DNA from: Bdellovibrionales bacterium
GTDB taxonomy: Bacteria; Bdellovibrionota; Bdellovibrionia; Bdellovibrionales; UBA1609
Assembly (NCBI GenBank): GCA_965261545.1
Contig: CBDHDF010000007.1
Span: 480,001 to 544,000, forward strand
Reading direction: 5' to 3'
DNA length: 64,000 nt
Under the pieces are notes generated by a model that was given only the letters and a program-made list of their open reading frames with translations, searched no databases and was not told the DNA's origin. Below, one piece after another: positions 10,143 to 21,558 of this stretch. The first letter of the stretch is position 1; every line of letters starts with the position of its first letter. The position numbers were made by a program, and so were the translations under genes.

Positions 10143-10738
10143 TATGTGTTCTCCAATATGCAAGTCACTGTAAAGGATTTACCCTTTCCCGACCCCAAGG
10201 AAGATTCTATCAAGCGTACAGGAACAATTTTTTGAAAAACTCCCCCCTCTTCCAAACGAGAAAGAAACAAGTTAAAGTCATTGTCGGATAAAGCAACTCC
10301 TTCAAAGCTAAATTTTTTATTCACATAGTTCAATCGGGTAAACCAAACACGATCGGGAATAATGGTCTGCAAATAATCCAAGGCTTTGAGTTCGAGCAAC
10401 CTCGACTTAGCAAGCTCTTTGAGAATATTCATTTTTTCTTCAAGAGAACTCACTCTCTTCTGAGCCTCTTTGGCCTTATCTGCATTCTTTTTTAGTTTCT
10501 CAAGCTTCTCCCGTGAAACATTCAAAAGATTATTCTTATTCTGATAAGTCACCTCAAGACCAACCAAACCCCAAAACTCATAAAAATACAGAGCCCCCAC
10601 AATCCCCAGAAGAAGAGTCATGTTTACAAGGAGACTGGTGCGACTATCTCCACCACCCACTGAGGCCATAGAGGTACTTAATGTTGCATCTGCTTGACGG
10701 GCGGACACTCGGCCCCTGAGAAGGTTGACCCTAATCAT
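10142..10738 (-). CDS. pilN: Type IV pilus assembly protein PilN
   Basis: MIRVNLL N-terminus, IPDRVWF motif. Confidence 0.9.
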   Translation of the reverse strand: MIRVNLLRGRVSARQADATLSTSMASVGGGDSRTSLLVNMTLLLGIVGALYFYEFWGLVGLEVTYQNKNNLLNVSREKLEKLKKNADKAKEAQKRVSSLEEKMNILKELAKSRLLELKALDYLQTIIPDRVWFTRLNYVNKKFSFEGVALSDNDFNLFLSRLEEGGVFQKIVPVRLIESSLGSGKGKSFTVTCILENT

Positions 10739-11790
10739 GTTGTATCACCTAGCTCCCTCAACCCTAAACCAATAGCAATGGCTCCAAAATCCCGAGCTTG
10801 CTCAACCATATCCACTCCAAGAGCTTTTCCACACTTGATATGATTGAAAGGGTTTAATCTCACAGCCCCATAGGCATCTTTCATATAGGATTCGAGGCCA
10901 AGAGTTCGGCTCCCTCCCCCAGAGATATAACTCTCCTTCAACTCTTGGGAGCCCGTCCCCATATTGGCAAAAAACTCCATGGCGGATCTCAATTCTTCAA
11001 GAACCACCTCGTGGGTGGAGCCAATCACAGAAATGGCTTCATCAGGCGTCGCCTGGCCCATGGAAGCACTCATTTTAATGGACTCGGCCTCTTCCATGCT
11101 AATGCCCATGGCTCGATGCAAAGCTGAAGTATAAGCAGCTCCCCCAATGAGCATATCCCTAGAAAAGACAACCTGTCCGTTTTCTATAACTACAAAGTTG
11201 GTGGTGGTGGAACCAATATTAAAAAGACCAATGGGACCTGATTGAGGAACCCCACCATAATTCTTCTCAAAACAATTGGCTAAAGCGAAGCCCTCAACAT
11301 CTAAAATGCGACAACTAAGGCCCGACATCTCCACAGCTTCAGCCAACTTAAAAATAGACTCTTGCATAGCAGCGACAAGCAATATCTCCATATTGTCATC
11401 ACCCACAGTCCCTGAAGGTTCTAGTATTTTATAATCAATATTGACTTCGTTAATATCAAAGGGAATGTACTGTTCGGCCTCCCAGCGTATTTGCTCACTC
11501 ACCAAGTTTTCTTCCATACTTGGCATTACAATGCGTTTCACCACCACTGATGAGCCCCAAATTCCTGCCGCCACCAGTTTTCTCTTTGATTTGAGGTCAG
11601 CAAAAGCCTGCCTCACCACATCGGCGATAAGTTCTCCCTCGGCAATCGCCCCATGAACCATGGCTGCGGGCGGTGTCGGCACCATGCTAAAGCTATTGAG
11701 AATCACTTGACGAGAAGAGACATCGAGTTCGGCCAGCTTGACAGAACTTGTACCAATGTCTAAACCTATGAGCTTTTTCTTTCCAAACAT
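10735..11790 (-). CDS. pilM: Type IV pilus assembly protein PilM
   Basis: IGLDIGTSSVKLAEL, WEAEQYIPF, SGGGS, AIGLGLR. Confidence 0.95.
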   Translation of the reverse strand: MFGKKKLIGLDIGTSSVKLAELDVSSRQVILNSFSMVPTPPAAMVHGAIAEGELIADVVRQAFADLKSKRKLVAAGIWGSSVVVKRIVMPSMEENLVSEQIRWEAEQYIPFDINEVNIDYKILEPSGTVGDDNMEILLVAAMQESIFKLAEAVEMSGLSCRILDVEGFALANCFEKNYGGVPQSGPIGLFNIGSTTTNFVVIENGQVVFSRDMLIGGAAYTSALHRAMGISMEEAESIKMSASMGQATPDEAISVIGSTHEVVLEELRSAMEFFANMGTGSQELKESYISGGGSRTLGLESYMKDAYGAVRLNPFNHIKCGKALGVDMVEQARDFGAIAIGLGLRELGDTT

Positions 11791-12019
11791 GACAACACCC
11801 ACGCAAATCAGCACTTCTATTGGATAACTCATACTGAACTTCTTTTTCAGTCACTCACAGAACTCCCATTTAACAAAACTGAGAAGTTCAACAAACCTTA
11901 CAAAAATTAAATCGAATTCGACATGAAATGTCAAACCCTAGTTTTCATTGATTTTTTTTAAAAGCTCAGGCCACCAACTTAAGTAGAGAAACATCCAAAA
12001 ACATTGCAAAAAAATACTC

Positions 12020-12817
12020 TTACAGCAAAATAAAAACACCCCAGTACCACTCCATGATTTGCTCTCCCCAAAACATATACAAAAGAGCACCAAGGGCTAG
12101 GTACGGACCAAAGGGAATCTTTGTTTGCAAACCTTGCCTTGTCTTCATGGAGACAACAAGACCAACAATTCCCCCTGACAAAGAAGCTGCTAAGATGACA
12201 AAAGGAATTCCCTTCCAACCCAACAAAGCACCGATCCATGCCAAAAGTTTAATATCTCCTCCCCCCATCGCCTCCACTCGTTTCCAAGCATAATAAACAT
12301 AAGCCACGCTCCACAAACTCCCCCCACCCAGTAAAAAACCCCATAGAGCATCCCAAAAAATCCTATCAGGATTGATCCAGGCTCCTAACAAACCTAGGAT
12401 AATACCTGAAAGAGTAAAAACATCGGGCAAGATATAGTGATCAAAGTCAATAAAACTGGCTGTAACTAGACAAAAAATAAAAACCAAAGCTTCTAAAGTA
12501 AACCACTGCCAACCATACCAGAAAAAAGTGTAAGCAAAGAGAATTCCCATGAGGCATTCCACCACGGGGTATTTCCAAGAAATAAATGTGCGACAATAAC
12601 GACACTTCCCAGCGAGGATCAACCAGGAAAAAACAGGTATATTATCAAACCACCGCACAAGTCTGTTGCAAGAACGACAAGCGCTTCGAGGCCGAATAAC
12701 ACTCTCTCCACGAGGAAGACGCACGATGACCACATTGGCAAAACTTCCCAACAACGCACCTAGAAGACCAAATATTGCAACAATAAATGCCTCTGGTAGA
12801 ATCTGAAGACCTCCCAT
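12020..12817 (-). CDS. pilD: Prepilin peptidase
   Basis: GSFANVVIVRLP, CxxC pairs, FIDFDH, MGGGDIKLL, IPFGPYL; TGATG overlap with upstream gene. Confidence 0.95.
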   Translation of the reverse strand: MGGLQILPEAFIVAIFGLLGALLGSFANVVIVRLPRGESVIRPRSACRSCNRLVRWFDNIPVFSWLILAGKCRYCRTFISWKYPVVECLMGILFAYTFFWYGWQWFTLEALVFIFCLVTASFIDFDHYILPDVFTLSGIILGLLGAWINPDRIFWDALWGFLLGGGSLWSVAYVYYAWKRVEAMGGGDIKLLAWIGALLGWKGIPFVILAASLSGGIVGLVVSMKTRQGLQTKIPFGPYLALGALLYMFWGEQIMEWYWGVFILL

Positions 12818-13584
12818 CAAGCGAAGTCTTTTTTGCTGAGAATAAGAGTTGCACCTAAGATGAACATCGTTCCCCAAGCCAAAACACTGAAGCTTGCAAG
12901 CCCCACTTGCCCCCAGGGAACTTCGCTGGAATATATAAAGATGGATCTCCAATTGTACCACTCAAGGTTGGGAACAAGAGCCAAAACAACTTTCCCAAAG
13001 TAGTAAAAAGCCATGGATTCGCTGGCCTCAGAAAAGTGCTTGAGGCTATTGAGCCAATGACCAATGAGAAAAAAGCCTCCGGCAAAAGTGACCACCATGA
13101 TGGGCCGGGTAAAACAACTGAGCATCACTGTCATGGAGAGAAGAACACAGGACTCCAAAAAAATCCCAAACAAACCTACAAAAAAACGAATATTGATGGA
13201 GACATCTAGCTTCCAAAAAATAAAAAATAGCACGAGCGAGAGACCCAACATCATCGTAAAAATCACCAACAACAGCCCCACATATTTACCGGCAATAAAT
13301 TGCACCTTTGTAATGGGACGAACTAAAATTGTAAATATGGTTTTTTTTTCTATTTCTTTGGCCACAAGGGTGCAGCCCACAAAAATGGACATCACCATGA
13401 CACTTAGATGAATGGCTGTAAAACCAAAGTTCGCCGAAATACGACTCTGCTCAGCGTAACTCAATTGACCAAGGGCGAGACTTAAACCAATAAGCAACAC
13501 GGCAAAGACCACCAGTCCATAAAGAATGCGGTCACGAATAATCTCTCGATAAGTGTTTAAAGCGATCATAAAAATGGAGTGCAT
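12817..13584 (-). CDS. ABC transporter permease (PilI-like)
   Basis: IALNTYREIIRDR, EIEKKTIFTILVRP, FIAGKY; multiple TM segments. Confidence 0.85.
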   Translation of the reverse strand: MHSIFMIALNTYREIIRDRILYGLVVFAVLLIGLSLALGQLSYAEQSRISANFGFTAIHLSVMVMSIFVGCTLVAKEIEKKTIFTILVRPITKVQFIAGKYVGLLLVIFTMMLGLSLVLFFIFWKLDVSINIRFFVGLFGIFLESCVLLSMTVMLSCFTRPIMVVTFAGGFFLIGHWLNSLKHFSEASESMAFYYFGKVVLALVPNLEWYNWRSIFIYSSEVPWGQVGLASFSVLAWGTMFILGATLILSKKDFA

Positions 13585-13632
13585 AATAAAAAACCTACCT
13601 TATTTCAAACTCTCAACCTTTACGCCCCATGC

Positions 13633-14523
13633 TTATGGTCCATGCTTATGGTCCATAGTCAGTTCGACAAAAGCCTCTTCAAGACTCTTTTTTTGTACAT
13701 GAATTCTTTCAATAACAAGATTCTGCCCACGAAGTTTGTCGATGCTTCTTTGAACTTCTTCTTGAGAGACGACCACCTGAGTTTTTCTCTCCCCATTTTC
13801 CAAAAAAGTGACCACTCTCTTTGAACTCAATTGCAAAAGAAAGCTCTCCATACTCCCATTAAACTCAACCGCACCCTTTTTAAGAATGACGAGGTTCTGA
13901 CACAATCTCTCCGTATCGTGCAAGAGGTGGCTGCTAAAAAATACAGCCGTTCCCTGCCTGGCCGTCTCCTGAATGATTTCACTCAAATAATAACGACCAT
14001 CGGGATCAAGACCCGCCATGGGTTCATCGAGAATAATAAAGTCAGGCTTGTGGATAAGCGCCTGGGCAAGACCAATTTTTTGTAGCATCCCCTTGGAGTA
14101 GGAGCGAAGAGGCTTATCTTTGGCATGGGTGAGATCCACCTTGGCCAAGAGAACTCGAATCCTCTCGTCGACCTCCCGACGAGATAGCTTCCCATCCATG
14201 CGGCCATAAAATCTTAAGAACTCAACTCCTGTTAAGTAATCATAAAAATAAGGACGCTCAGGTAAAAAACCAATTCTTGCTCGAACCTCCTTAGTCAATT
14301 TTTGGCCGTTAAAAAATGAAATTTGCCCCTTCTCCCAGTGACAAAGCCCAAGCATACACTTCAAAGTGGTTGTTTTTCCCGCTCCATTTCCACCCAAAAA
14401 ACCCGTAATAACACCTGGTTCGACCTTAAAGCTCACACCCTTGAGAACCTTCTGCCGTCGCCCCCAAAAACCCACTGAATAAGATTTCTCTAATCCTTCA
14501 ATTTCCAAAACATCCATGGACAT
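13633..14523 (-). CDS. ABC transporter ATPase (PilH-like)
   Basis: Walker A GGNGAGKTT, signature YSKGMLQK, Walker B IILDEP. Confidence 0.9.
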   Translation of the reverse strand: MSMDVLEIEGLEKSYSVGFWGRRQKVLKGVSFKVEPGVITGFLGGNGAGKTTTLKCMLGLCHWEKGQISFFNGQKLTKEVRARIGFLPERPYFYDYLTGVEFLRFYGRMDGKLSRREVDERIRVLLAKVDLTHAKDKPLRSYSKGMLQKIGLAQALIHKPDFIILDEPMAGLDPDGRYYLSEIIQETARQGTAVFFSSHLLHDTERLCQNLVILKKGAVEFNGSMESFLLQLSSKRVVTFLENGERKTQVVVSQEEVQRSIDKLRGQNLVIERIHVQKKSLEEAFVELTMDHKHGP

Positions 14524-14643
14524 GAAGATATTGTAATTAGAAATGAGATCAATGTGTACGACACAATTTAAACTTTATAAATTTTTGTGCTCTGCGTAAT
14601 TAAGCCCCCATACAAGAAAGTGGCCCAAAAACTCACAAGAGAT

Positions 14644-15387
14644 TCACAAAGTCTCCGAGTTGCCAGACGAACAAGATGTATGAAAACCTGTATTGACCCC
14701 ACTTTTTCCAAAGGAGTTGGGCTTATCAGTGTAAATTTCTCCTATGGACACATGCTTATAATACTCCACCTTGTAGCGCATACAAAATAACTTATGGACC
14801 AAGCCCCTTCGTGCGGCCTCCAATTCTACTTCATCGGAAAAGCTCTTCAACTGCACCTTCTTAACCTCTTTTTCAATATATCTCACCGCCTGTGGAGGGT
14901 GAAAACAAAAAGAATTTGAAAAAACAAAACCTTCCTGATCAGCAATAAGGCGTGCCTCAAAAATATCACCCTTTGTGAGCCCATGAATAATGGGAGAGTC
15001 TTTGATAGTGAACTTATAACCAGAAAATATGTCTTTGATGTAAAGATCATTTTTCTTCACCTTAAGAAACTCAAATAAGCTACAGCGACTTGTCACCAAC
15101 CTTTCATAAAGATCACTCCAAGCGGGCTTAAGTTTCAAGCCACTCTCCTTAAAGGTCCATTGAATAGGGGGTCTTGCCCAATCACCACAAGGGCGAACAA
15201 ATAAATACCAATCTGTAAATTGAGCCACCTTAACTTCAAAATCTGGTGACATCTCATCAAAATTCCCTGCCCACTCACTAAAAGCCAATTTAGCCATAAC
15301 CGCTTCCTCAACAAAAGGAGGCGAAGAAAAATGCTCCATGACTCTATCTATAATCATTTCATAACCCATTGATAATGGCCCTTTCAC
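14644..15387 (-). CDS. Hypothetical protein
   Basis: 247-aa ORF co-oriented with neighbours; F.DWYLF.R and SLFEFLK segments. Confidence 0.7.
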   Translation of the reverse strand: MKGPLSMGYEMIIDRVMEHFSSPPFVEEAVMAKLAFSEWAGNFDEMSPDFEVKVAQFTDWYLFVRPCGDWARPPIQWTFKESGLKLKPAWSDLYERLVTSRCSLFEFLKVKKNDLYIKDIFSGYKFTIKDSPIIHGLTKGDIFEARLIADQEGFVFSNSFCFHPPQAVRYIEKEVKKVQLKSFSDEVELEAARRGLVHKLFCMRYKVEYYKHVSIGEIYTDKPNSFGKSGVNTGFHTSCSSGNSETL

Positions 15388-15416
15388 GATCTTTATTTAT
15401 AATTTATTTTTATTCA

Positions 15417-16490
15417 TTACAAATGAGGAAGAAGGACCTTGTCGGCAGCCCCCATAAGTATAGCAATCAAAGCCACCCGGGTCCACATTCCATTGCGCTC
15501 TTGACGCCAGTACATAGCACGAGGGTCATTATCAATCTGTCGATCGATTTCATCTCTTCGAGGAAGAGGGTGCATGATAATACAATCCGAAGCCATCATA
15601 TCCAAGTGCTTTCGAGTCAAAGAAAACGGAGTTATCTTCTCCAAACCTTCACCTCTTCTTTTTCCATCTCTTCTTACATCTTCATCTCTATCTCTCTCCC
15701 TATCCCCATCTTTGCATTCATGATCCTCCATGATCCCATCCTCACTCTGACTCTTATACTCATCTTGAAGACGAGTCATATAAATCACATTGGCCTGGCA
15801 GATAGCTCCTTCAAAATCACAGGTCTCTGTAAAGTCAATTTTGTAACTTTCTAACTCACTTCTAAGATCGCTCTTCATTTTTAAATTTGAGGGAGATACA
15901 AACAACATTTTGATGCTATGAAACTGACACAACATCTTCGCCAACGAACGAACTGTTCTCCCTCGTTGGAGATCACCTACAAAGCAAAACGTCTTTCCAT
16001 CCACCTGGTCTGGCCCCTTAAAACTACGCATAATGGTGTACATATCTAAAACAGCCTGGGTGGGATGCTCGTCAGGCCCACTTCCAGCATTAATAATGGG
16101 CACAGGACGAGGTGTTTGATCTAAATGAGCTGCCGTACGATCACAAAGTCCTGCAACTGGAGATCGCATAATAATCAAATCCACATAGCTAGAAAAAGTT
16201 CGAATGGAATCATGGATATCCTCACCCTTGACCTCGGAACTCGTCGAAGGGTCGCGAATCTCCAAGGGCTGCAAACCAAGAATGTAGCAAGCGGACTGAA
16301 AGGAGAGAAAGGTTCTCGTAGATACCTGAGTGAAATACAGCATCGCTCTCTTATCACTCAACAGACCCCTCAAATAAAGTAACCCCTCCCTGTGCTTATC
16401 AAACTGACGAATTCGATTGGTGAGATGATAAATAAATTCGAGATCCTGCCGGCCAAATTGACTGGCCCTTAGAACATGCTTTAAGTACAA
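15417..16490 (-). CDS. pyrB: Aspartate carbamoyltransferase catalytic chain with a charged insertion
   Basis: STRT, HPTQ, GDL..GRTVRSL, YMTRLQDE, IMHPLPR; AGGAGG RBS. Confidence 0.93.
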   Translation of the reverse strand: MYLKHVLRASQFGRQDLEFIYHLTNRIRQFDKHREGLLYLRGLLSDKRAMLYFTQVSTRTFLSFQSACYILGLQPLEIRDPSTSSEVKGEDIHDSIRTFSSYVDLIIMRSPVAGLCDRTAAHLDQTPRPVPIINAGSGPDEHPTQAVLDMYTIMRSFKGPDQVDGKTFCFVGDLQRGRTVRSLAKMLCQFHSIKMLFVSPSNLKMKSDLRSELESYKIDFTETCDFEGAICQANVIYMTRLQDEYKSQSEDGIMEDHECKDGDRERDRDEDVRRDGKRRGEGLEKITPFSLTRKHLDMMASDCIIMHPLPRRDEIDRQIDNDPRAMYWRQERNGMWTRVALIAILMGAADKVLLPHL

Positions 16491-19400
16491 TAGTTCCTCC
16501 TGTTGGTAGATCTTGTGGAGGATGCAGATGGTGTCGTGGAGGGCTCTATGGATTGTATGGATTGTAAAGTTCGCACAGTGAGTGATTCAACTTTTGAATG
16601 AGGTATAGCTTCCAAAGCCAACATCACCGCTTCATGAGTTGAAAAATAAGTGATCCGATTTTCCACCAAAGCACGACGAAAACCTTTGAGTTCCTGACTG
16701 CGATCCGTACAAGCCACAAAGGCAAGCTTTCCCGATTGCATAAATTCACAAAATGACATTCCCAATTTCTTTAAGACCGAACTCAAGGTCCATGAAAAGT
16801 CATGGGATGTCACTTTTTCCATTTCTCCCACGAGCGCCACCTCAAAGCCCAATCCCCTCAAACGAGAAGCCACTTGAAGTCCCATATCTAACTCATCCTG
16901 ACCATAAGCCACACAAGCCCAACCCTCACCTACAAGTCCATTGGATACCGAAAGCTGAGCCTTTGCAAAAGCCTTTCGCCAATCCTTGTCCCATCCCATA
17001 ACCTCCCCTGTGGACTTCATCTCAGGTCCTAAAAGAATATCCGAATGAGGAAACCGAGCAAATGGAAGCTGAACCTCCTTCACAGCATAGTGAGTGGGGG
17101 CGGAAGAATCTGTGGGAGCCCTGGCTGTGGGACCCTGTGGCAAGTGAAACTCCGCAAGCTTGTGGCCCACCATCACCTGGGCCGCCACCTTCACCAAGGG
17201 AATCCCTGTGGCCTTGGCCACAAAGGGAGTTGTTCGTGAAGCCCTGGGATTGGCTTCCAAAACATACAGCTCTTCATCCTTCACCGCATACTGAATATTA
17301 ACCAAGCCCACAGCCCCTAGGGCCTTTGCCAAGCGACAGGTACTCTCCTTGATCTCCAACATTATTGAAGTCGAAAGGCTTATGGGAGGAAGCACGCAAG
17401 CCGAATCACCAGAGTGAACCCCTGCGTGCTCCACATGCTCCAACACACCTGCGATGAATACCTCTTCCCCATCGCAAATGGCATCCACATCCACCTCTAT
17501 GGCTTGATTCAAAAAACGCTCGACCAAAATGGGCCCATTCATCACACTCTGACCATGCTCAAACAAATATTTTTCAAGATCCTCATCCCCCTGCAAAACA
17601 GCCATGGCCCGCCCACCAAGAACATGGGAGGGTCTCACAACCGCAGGGTAATCAATCTTCTCTTTGATGGCAGAGACCATGCCATCCAAACCATGGCAGA
17701 TCATGTTCTTAGGTTGCTTTAATCCCAGCCTGAGAATAAGAGGCCCTGAAACCTCTCCCTGTCCTCAGCTAAGTCGATACTCTCCGGAGAAGTCCAAATG
17801 ATGGGAATTCCCTGATCTTGAAGAAAGCCCGCAAGCGCTTAAGGGGTGTCTGCCCCCCCAATTGCACAATCACACCCACAAGTTCACCATTTTGCTGCTC
17901 ACGGCGAAGAATTTCTAAAACATGTTCACGGCTCAAGGGCTCAAAATAAAGCTTGTCCGATGAGTCATAATCCGTAGACACAGTCTCTGGATTGCAGTTT
18001 ACCATGATGGTTTCATAACCTATGGAGGACAGGGCCTGCGCAGCATGAACGCAGGTATAGTCAAACTCGATCCCCTGCCCAATGCGGTTGGGACCACTGC
18101 CAAGAATCACCACTTTACGCCGCCCACTGGGTCCAGCTTCACATTCAGGCTCCATAAAGCCGTTTCCCTCATAAGTGGAGTATAGACAAAAAACAGAGGA
18201 TTCAAACTCAGCAGCACAGGTATCCACGGCCTTGTACACGGGAGAAACCCCCTGTTGATGACGTCGAGCCCTTACATCTTCCTCCGTCAGATGAGTTTCC
18301 ACTCCATGGGTTTTCGTCCCATGGGGCTCCTTGACCTGAGTCAACTGAGCAAGCCGGGCATCAGAAAAACCCATCTTCTTGCACTGCACCCAAGCCGACT
18401 TATCCTTGGGTAAACCACTGCGGAGAATCTGATCTTCGGCTCTCACAATACGCTCAATTTCTTGTAAGAACCACATATCAATGGAGGTGATTTCTTGAAT
18501 TTCCTCCAAAGAAAAACCCTGGCGCATAGCCTCTGCTGTTATAAGAAGGCGATCGGGCACGGGTTGCTGTAAAATGCGGCGAAGAATGGAGCACCTTTCC
18601 TCAGACTGAGTAACCCCCTCTAGTTCCTTTATGGGAGGTGCTCCTAAACCTACAATTTCGGATCTCTCTAGAGAGTCAAAGCCCTTTTGAAGACTCTCCC
18701 CAAAGCTACGCCCTAGAGACATCACCTCCCCCACGGAGCGCATGGAGGTCGATAAGAGAGGAGTTGTATCCATAAATTTTTCAAAATTAAAACGCGGGAT
18801 TTTTGTCACCACATAATCAATGGCAGGCTCAAAGGCTGCCGGAACCAAATGAGTCACCTGATCCCCAAGATGACCCTGATGATTCCCATGGCTATAGTCC
18901 CCCTGACGATCCCCCCCATAGCTCTGAGAACTACAATGATCCTGGTGACCTTGGTGGCCTCGATGCCCCTTAGATGTCTCACCCACAAAACTCCCACCTG
19001 AGGAGGGAAGAGGAGGTTTCTTCACAGCCGAATAGGACAATTCGTCAAGAGTGTAACCAAGGGCGAGTTTTGCCGCCACCTTCGCAATGGGAAACCCCGT
19101 GGCCTTAGAAGCAAGAGCCGATGAACGAGAAACTCTAGGATTCATTTCAATGACAAGCAAACGACCATTCCGTGGATTCACTGCAAACTGAACATTGGAA
19201 CCCCCCGATTCCACACCCACTTCCCTCAGCACAGCAATAGCAGCATTGCGCATGATCTGAAACTCCTTATCTGTAAGGGTCAGTGCGGGAGCGACAGTGA
19301 TGCTGTCCCCGGTATGAATTCCCATGGGATCTATATTCTCAATAGAACAAACAATCATGGCATTATCATTTCTATCCCGAACAACCTCCATTTCATACTC

Positions 19401-20066
19401 TTTCCACCCAAGTACAGACTCATCAATAAGCACTTGGTGAGTGGGGGATACCTCCAAGCCATAGCTGACGATCTCTCGAAGCTCATCCATGTTTTTGGCA
19501 ATCCCTCCCCCTTGCCCTCCCAAAGTAAAGGAGGGGCGAATCACAGCAGGAAAACCAATAAAGCCCACGGCCTCAATGGCCTTCTCCAAAGAAGAAACCA
19601 TGGTGTTCCGTGGAACCTCAAGACCAATGCGAGACATAGCCTTGTTAAACATTTCACGATTTTCAGCCTTTTCAATAGCCTCAGGAGTCGCTCCAATCAT
19701 TTGGACATTGTGCTTTTCAAGCACTCCCAGCCGCACCAACTCCAAGCTACAGTTGAGAGCTGTCTGCCCTCCCACTGTGCTAAGAAGAGCTTCGGGCTTT
19801 TCAATTTCAATGATCTTTTCCACCACTTCAGGAGTGATAGGCTCCATATAAGTGGCATCTGCGACCTCAGGATCTGTCATGATAGTTGCTGGGTTGGAGT
19901 TGATCAAAATAACTCTCAGCCCCTCCTCTCGCAGAGCCTTGCATGCCTGAGTCCCCGAATAATCAAACTCACAAGCCTGACCAATGACAATCGGGCCTGC
20001 TCCCACCACAAGTACCGAGGAAATATCTATTTTTTTATCCACGCTTGGATTCCCTTTTTTGTCCAT
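16481..20066 (-). pseudogene. carB: Carbamoyl-phosphate synthase large chain split by two frameshifts at about 17740-17840 (real or sequencing error)
   Basis: [18 protein letters not shown]-half and RPSHVLGG/EANPRASRT C-half; linker [29 protein letters not shown] lies in a third frame. Confidence 0.85.
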
Positions 20067-20081
20067 CTTGGGTGCCTTGGT

Positions 20082-21500
20082 TTATCCACCTTGGATCCCT
20101 TTGGACTTTTCAATCATCTTGTAAAAATCTTGAAATAAATAATAGCTATCGTGGGGGCCAGGAGAACTCTCGGGGTGGTATTGAACAGCAAATGCGTACT
20201 TATCCTTACGACGAATTCCCTCTACACTCCCATCAAAGATGGATTCATGGGTAATCTCCACATTTTCAGGAACATCTTTTCTGCTCACACAAAATCCATG
20301 GTTTTGGCTCGTGATCTCAACCTTATTGGTGAGGAGGTTCCTCACAGGGTGATTCCCGCCACGATGCCCACGGTGGAGTTTCACCGTCTTGAGCCCAGAA
20401 GCAAGGGCGAGAAGCTGCTGACCTAGACAAACACCAAAAAGAGGTATGTTGCGCTCTAAAATACCCTCAATGACCTGACGCACATACTCGGAAGTCTTAA
20501 AGGGATCCCCCGGCCCATTGGAAAGAAAAACACCATCGGGCTTGTACAGAACCAACTCCTCAATGTGAGTGAGAGCAGGTACCACAGTGACCCAAAAGCC
20601 AGACTCCACAAGACAGCGGAGAATATTTGTCTTCACCCCATAATCAATAACAACCACATGGTATTCACCACTAGGGTTGAATTCGCCACTATGTGAAGAT
20701 TTATAATTCTTTAAAGGTTCGCCACTATATGATGAAGATTTATAATTCTTTAAAGATTCGCCACTGTGTGAAGATTCGTAACTCTTTGGCCGGTCCCGAG
20801 ACCATCTATAGGCTCCTTCCTTCCAAGAATAAGGCTCTTCCATACTCACCTTGGCAGCCAAGTCCTTACCCAAAAGGGTGGACTCCCCCTTGACTTCTTC
20901 ACACAGATTAACCACAGAAACCACTTCACCTGGGGAAGCAAAATAGATCATGGCGCTACGAGCGCCCTTTCTTCGCACATTGCAGGTAATCGCCCGAGTA
21001 TCTACTCCACAGATACCCACAATTGCCTGCCCCTCCAGCCAAGAAGTAAAAGACTCTGATGCCCTAAAATTCGATGGAACCGTAATAGGTTCCCTTAAAA
21101 TGACCCCCTTGCAGAAGGCCTGCCGAGACTCCTGATCCCAGTCATTACAACCCACATTGCCCACATGAGGAAAAGTAAAGTTAATAATCTGCCCGGCATA
21201 GGAGGGGTCTGTTATGATTTCTTGATACCCCACCATAGAGACGTTGAAGCAAACCTCTCCTTTAGCCTTGCCTCGGGCCCCCTGTCCCTTACCCAGCCAA
21301 AAATCACCATCAGAAAGGACAAGGACCGCATCAACAATTTCATTGGCCGTAAAAGAAATAAGCGACTGTTGAGGCGCCATTCCCATTTGCGGAATCGACG
21401 AACATGAACTTGGACTTGGCTGACTCGACGTATGTTGATTCGAAGGTTGATTCGAAGGAAATGGGTTTGACTGAAATTGACTTGAAACACCCTTCGCCAC
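20082..21500 (-). CDS. carA: Carbamoyl-phosphate synthase small chain
   Basis: GYQEIITDPSY, LSNGPGDP, GVCLG, SQNHGF, QYHPESSPGP. Confidence 0.95.
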   Translation of the reverse strand: MAKGVSSQFQSNPFPSNQPSNQHTSSQPSPSSCSSIPQMGMAPQQSLISFTANEIVDAVLVLSDGDFWLGKGQGARGKAKGEVCFNVSMVGYQEIITDPSYAGQIINFTFPHVGNVGCNDWDQESRQAFCKGVILREPITVPSNFRASESFTSWLEGQAIVGICGVDTRAITCNVRRKGARSAMIYFASPGEVVSVVNLCEEVKGESTLLGKDLAAKVSMEEPYSWKEGAYRWSRDRPKSYESSHSGESLKNYKSSSYSGEPLKNYKSSHSGEFNPSGEYHVVVIDYGVKTNILRCLVESGFWVTVVPALTHIEELVLYKPDGVFLSNGPGDPFKTSEYVRQVIEGILERNIPLFGVCLGQQLLALASGLKTVKLHRGHRGGNHPVRNLLTNKVEITSQNHGFCVSRKDVPENVEITHESIFDGSVEGIRRKDKYAFAVQYHPESSPGPHDSYYLFQDFYKMIEKSKGIQGG

Positions 21501-21558
21501 AGTGACTACAACACTCTCTCACTTTGGATAAAGAATCAATAAGAATCATAGCCTCCAT

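Noticed and set aside
17704..17769. Naturally split carB genes
   Set aside because: The break is mid-domain and the linker is retained in another frame.
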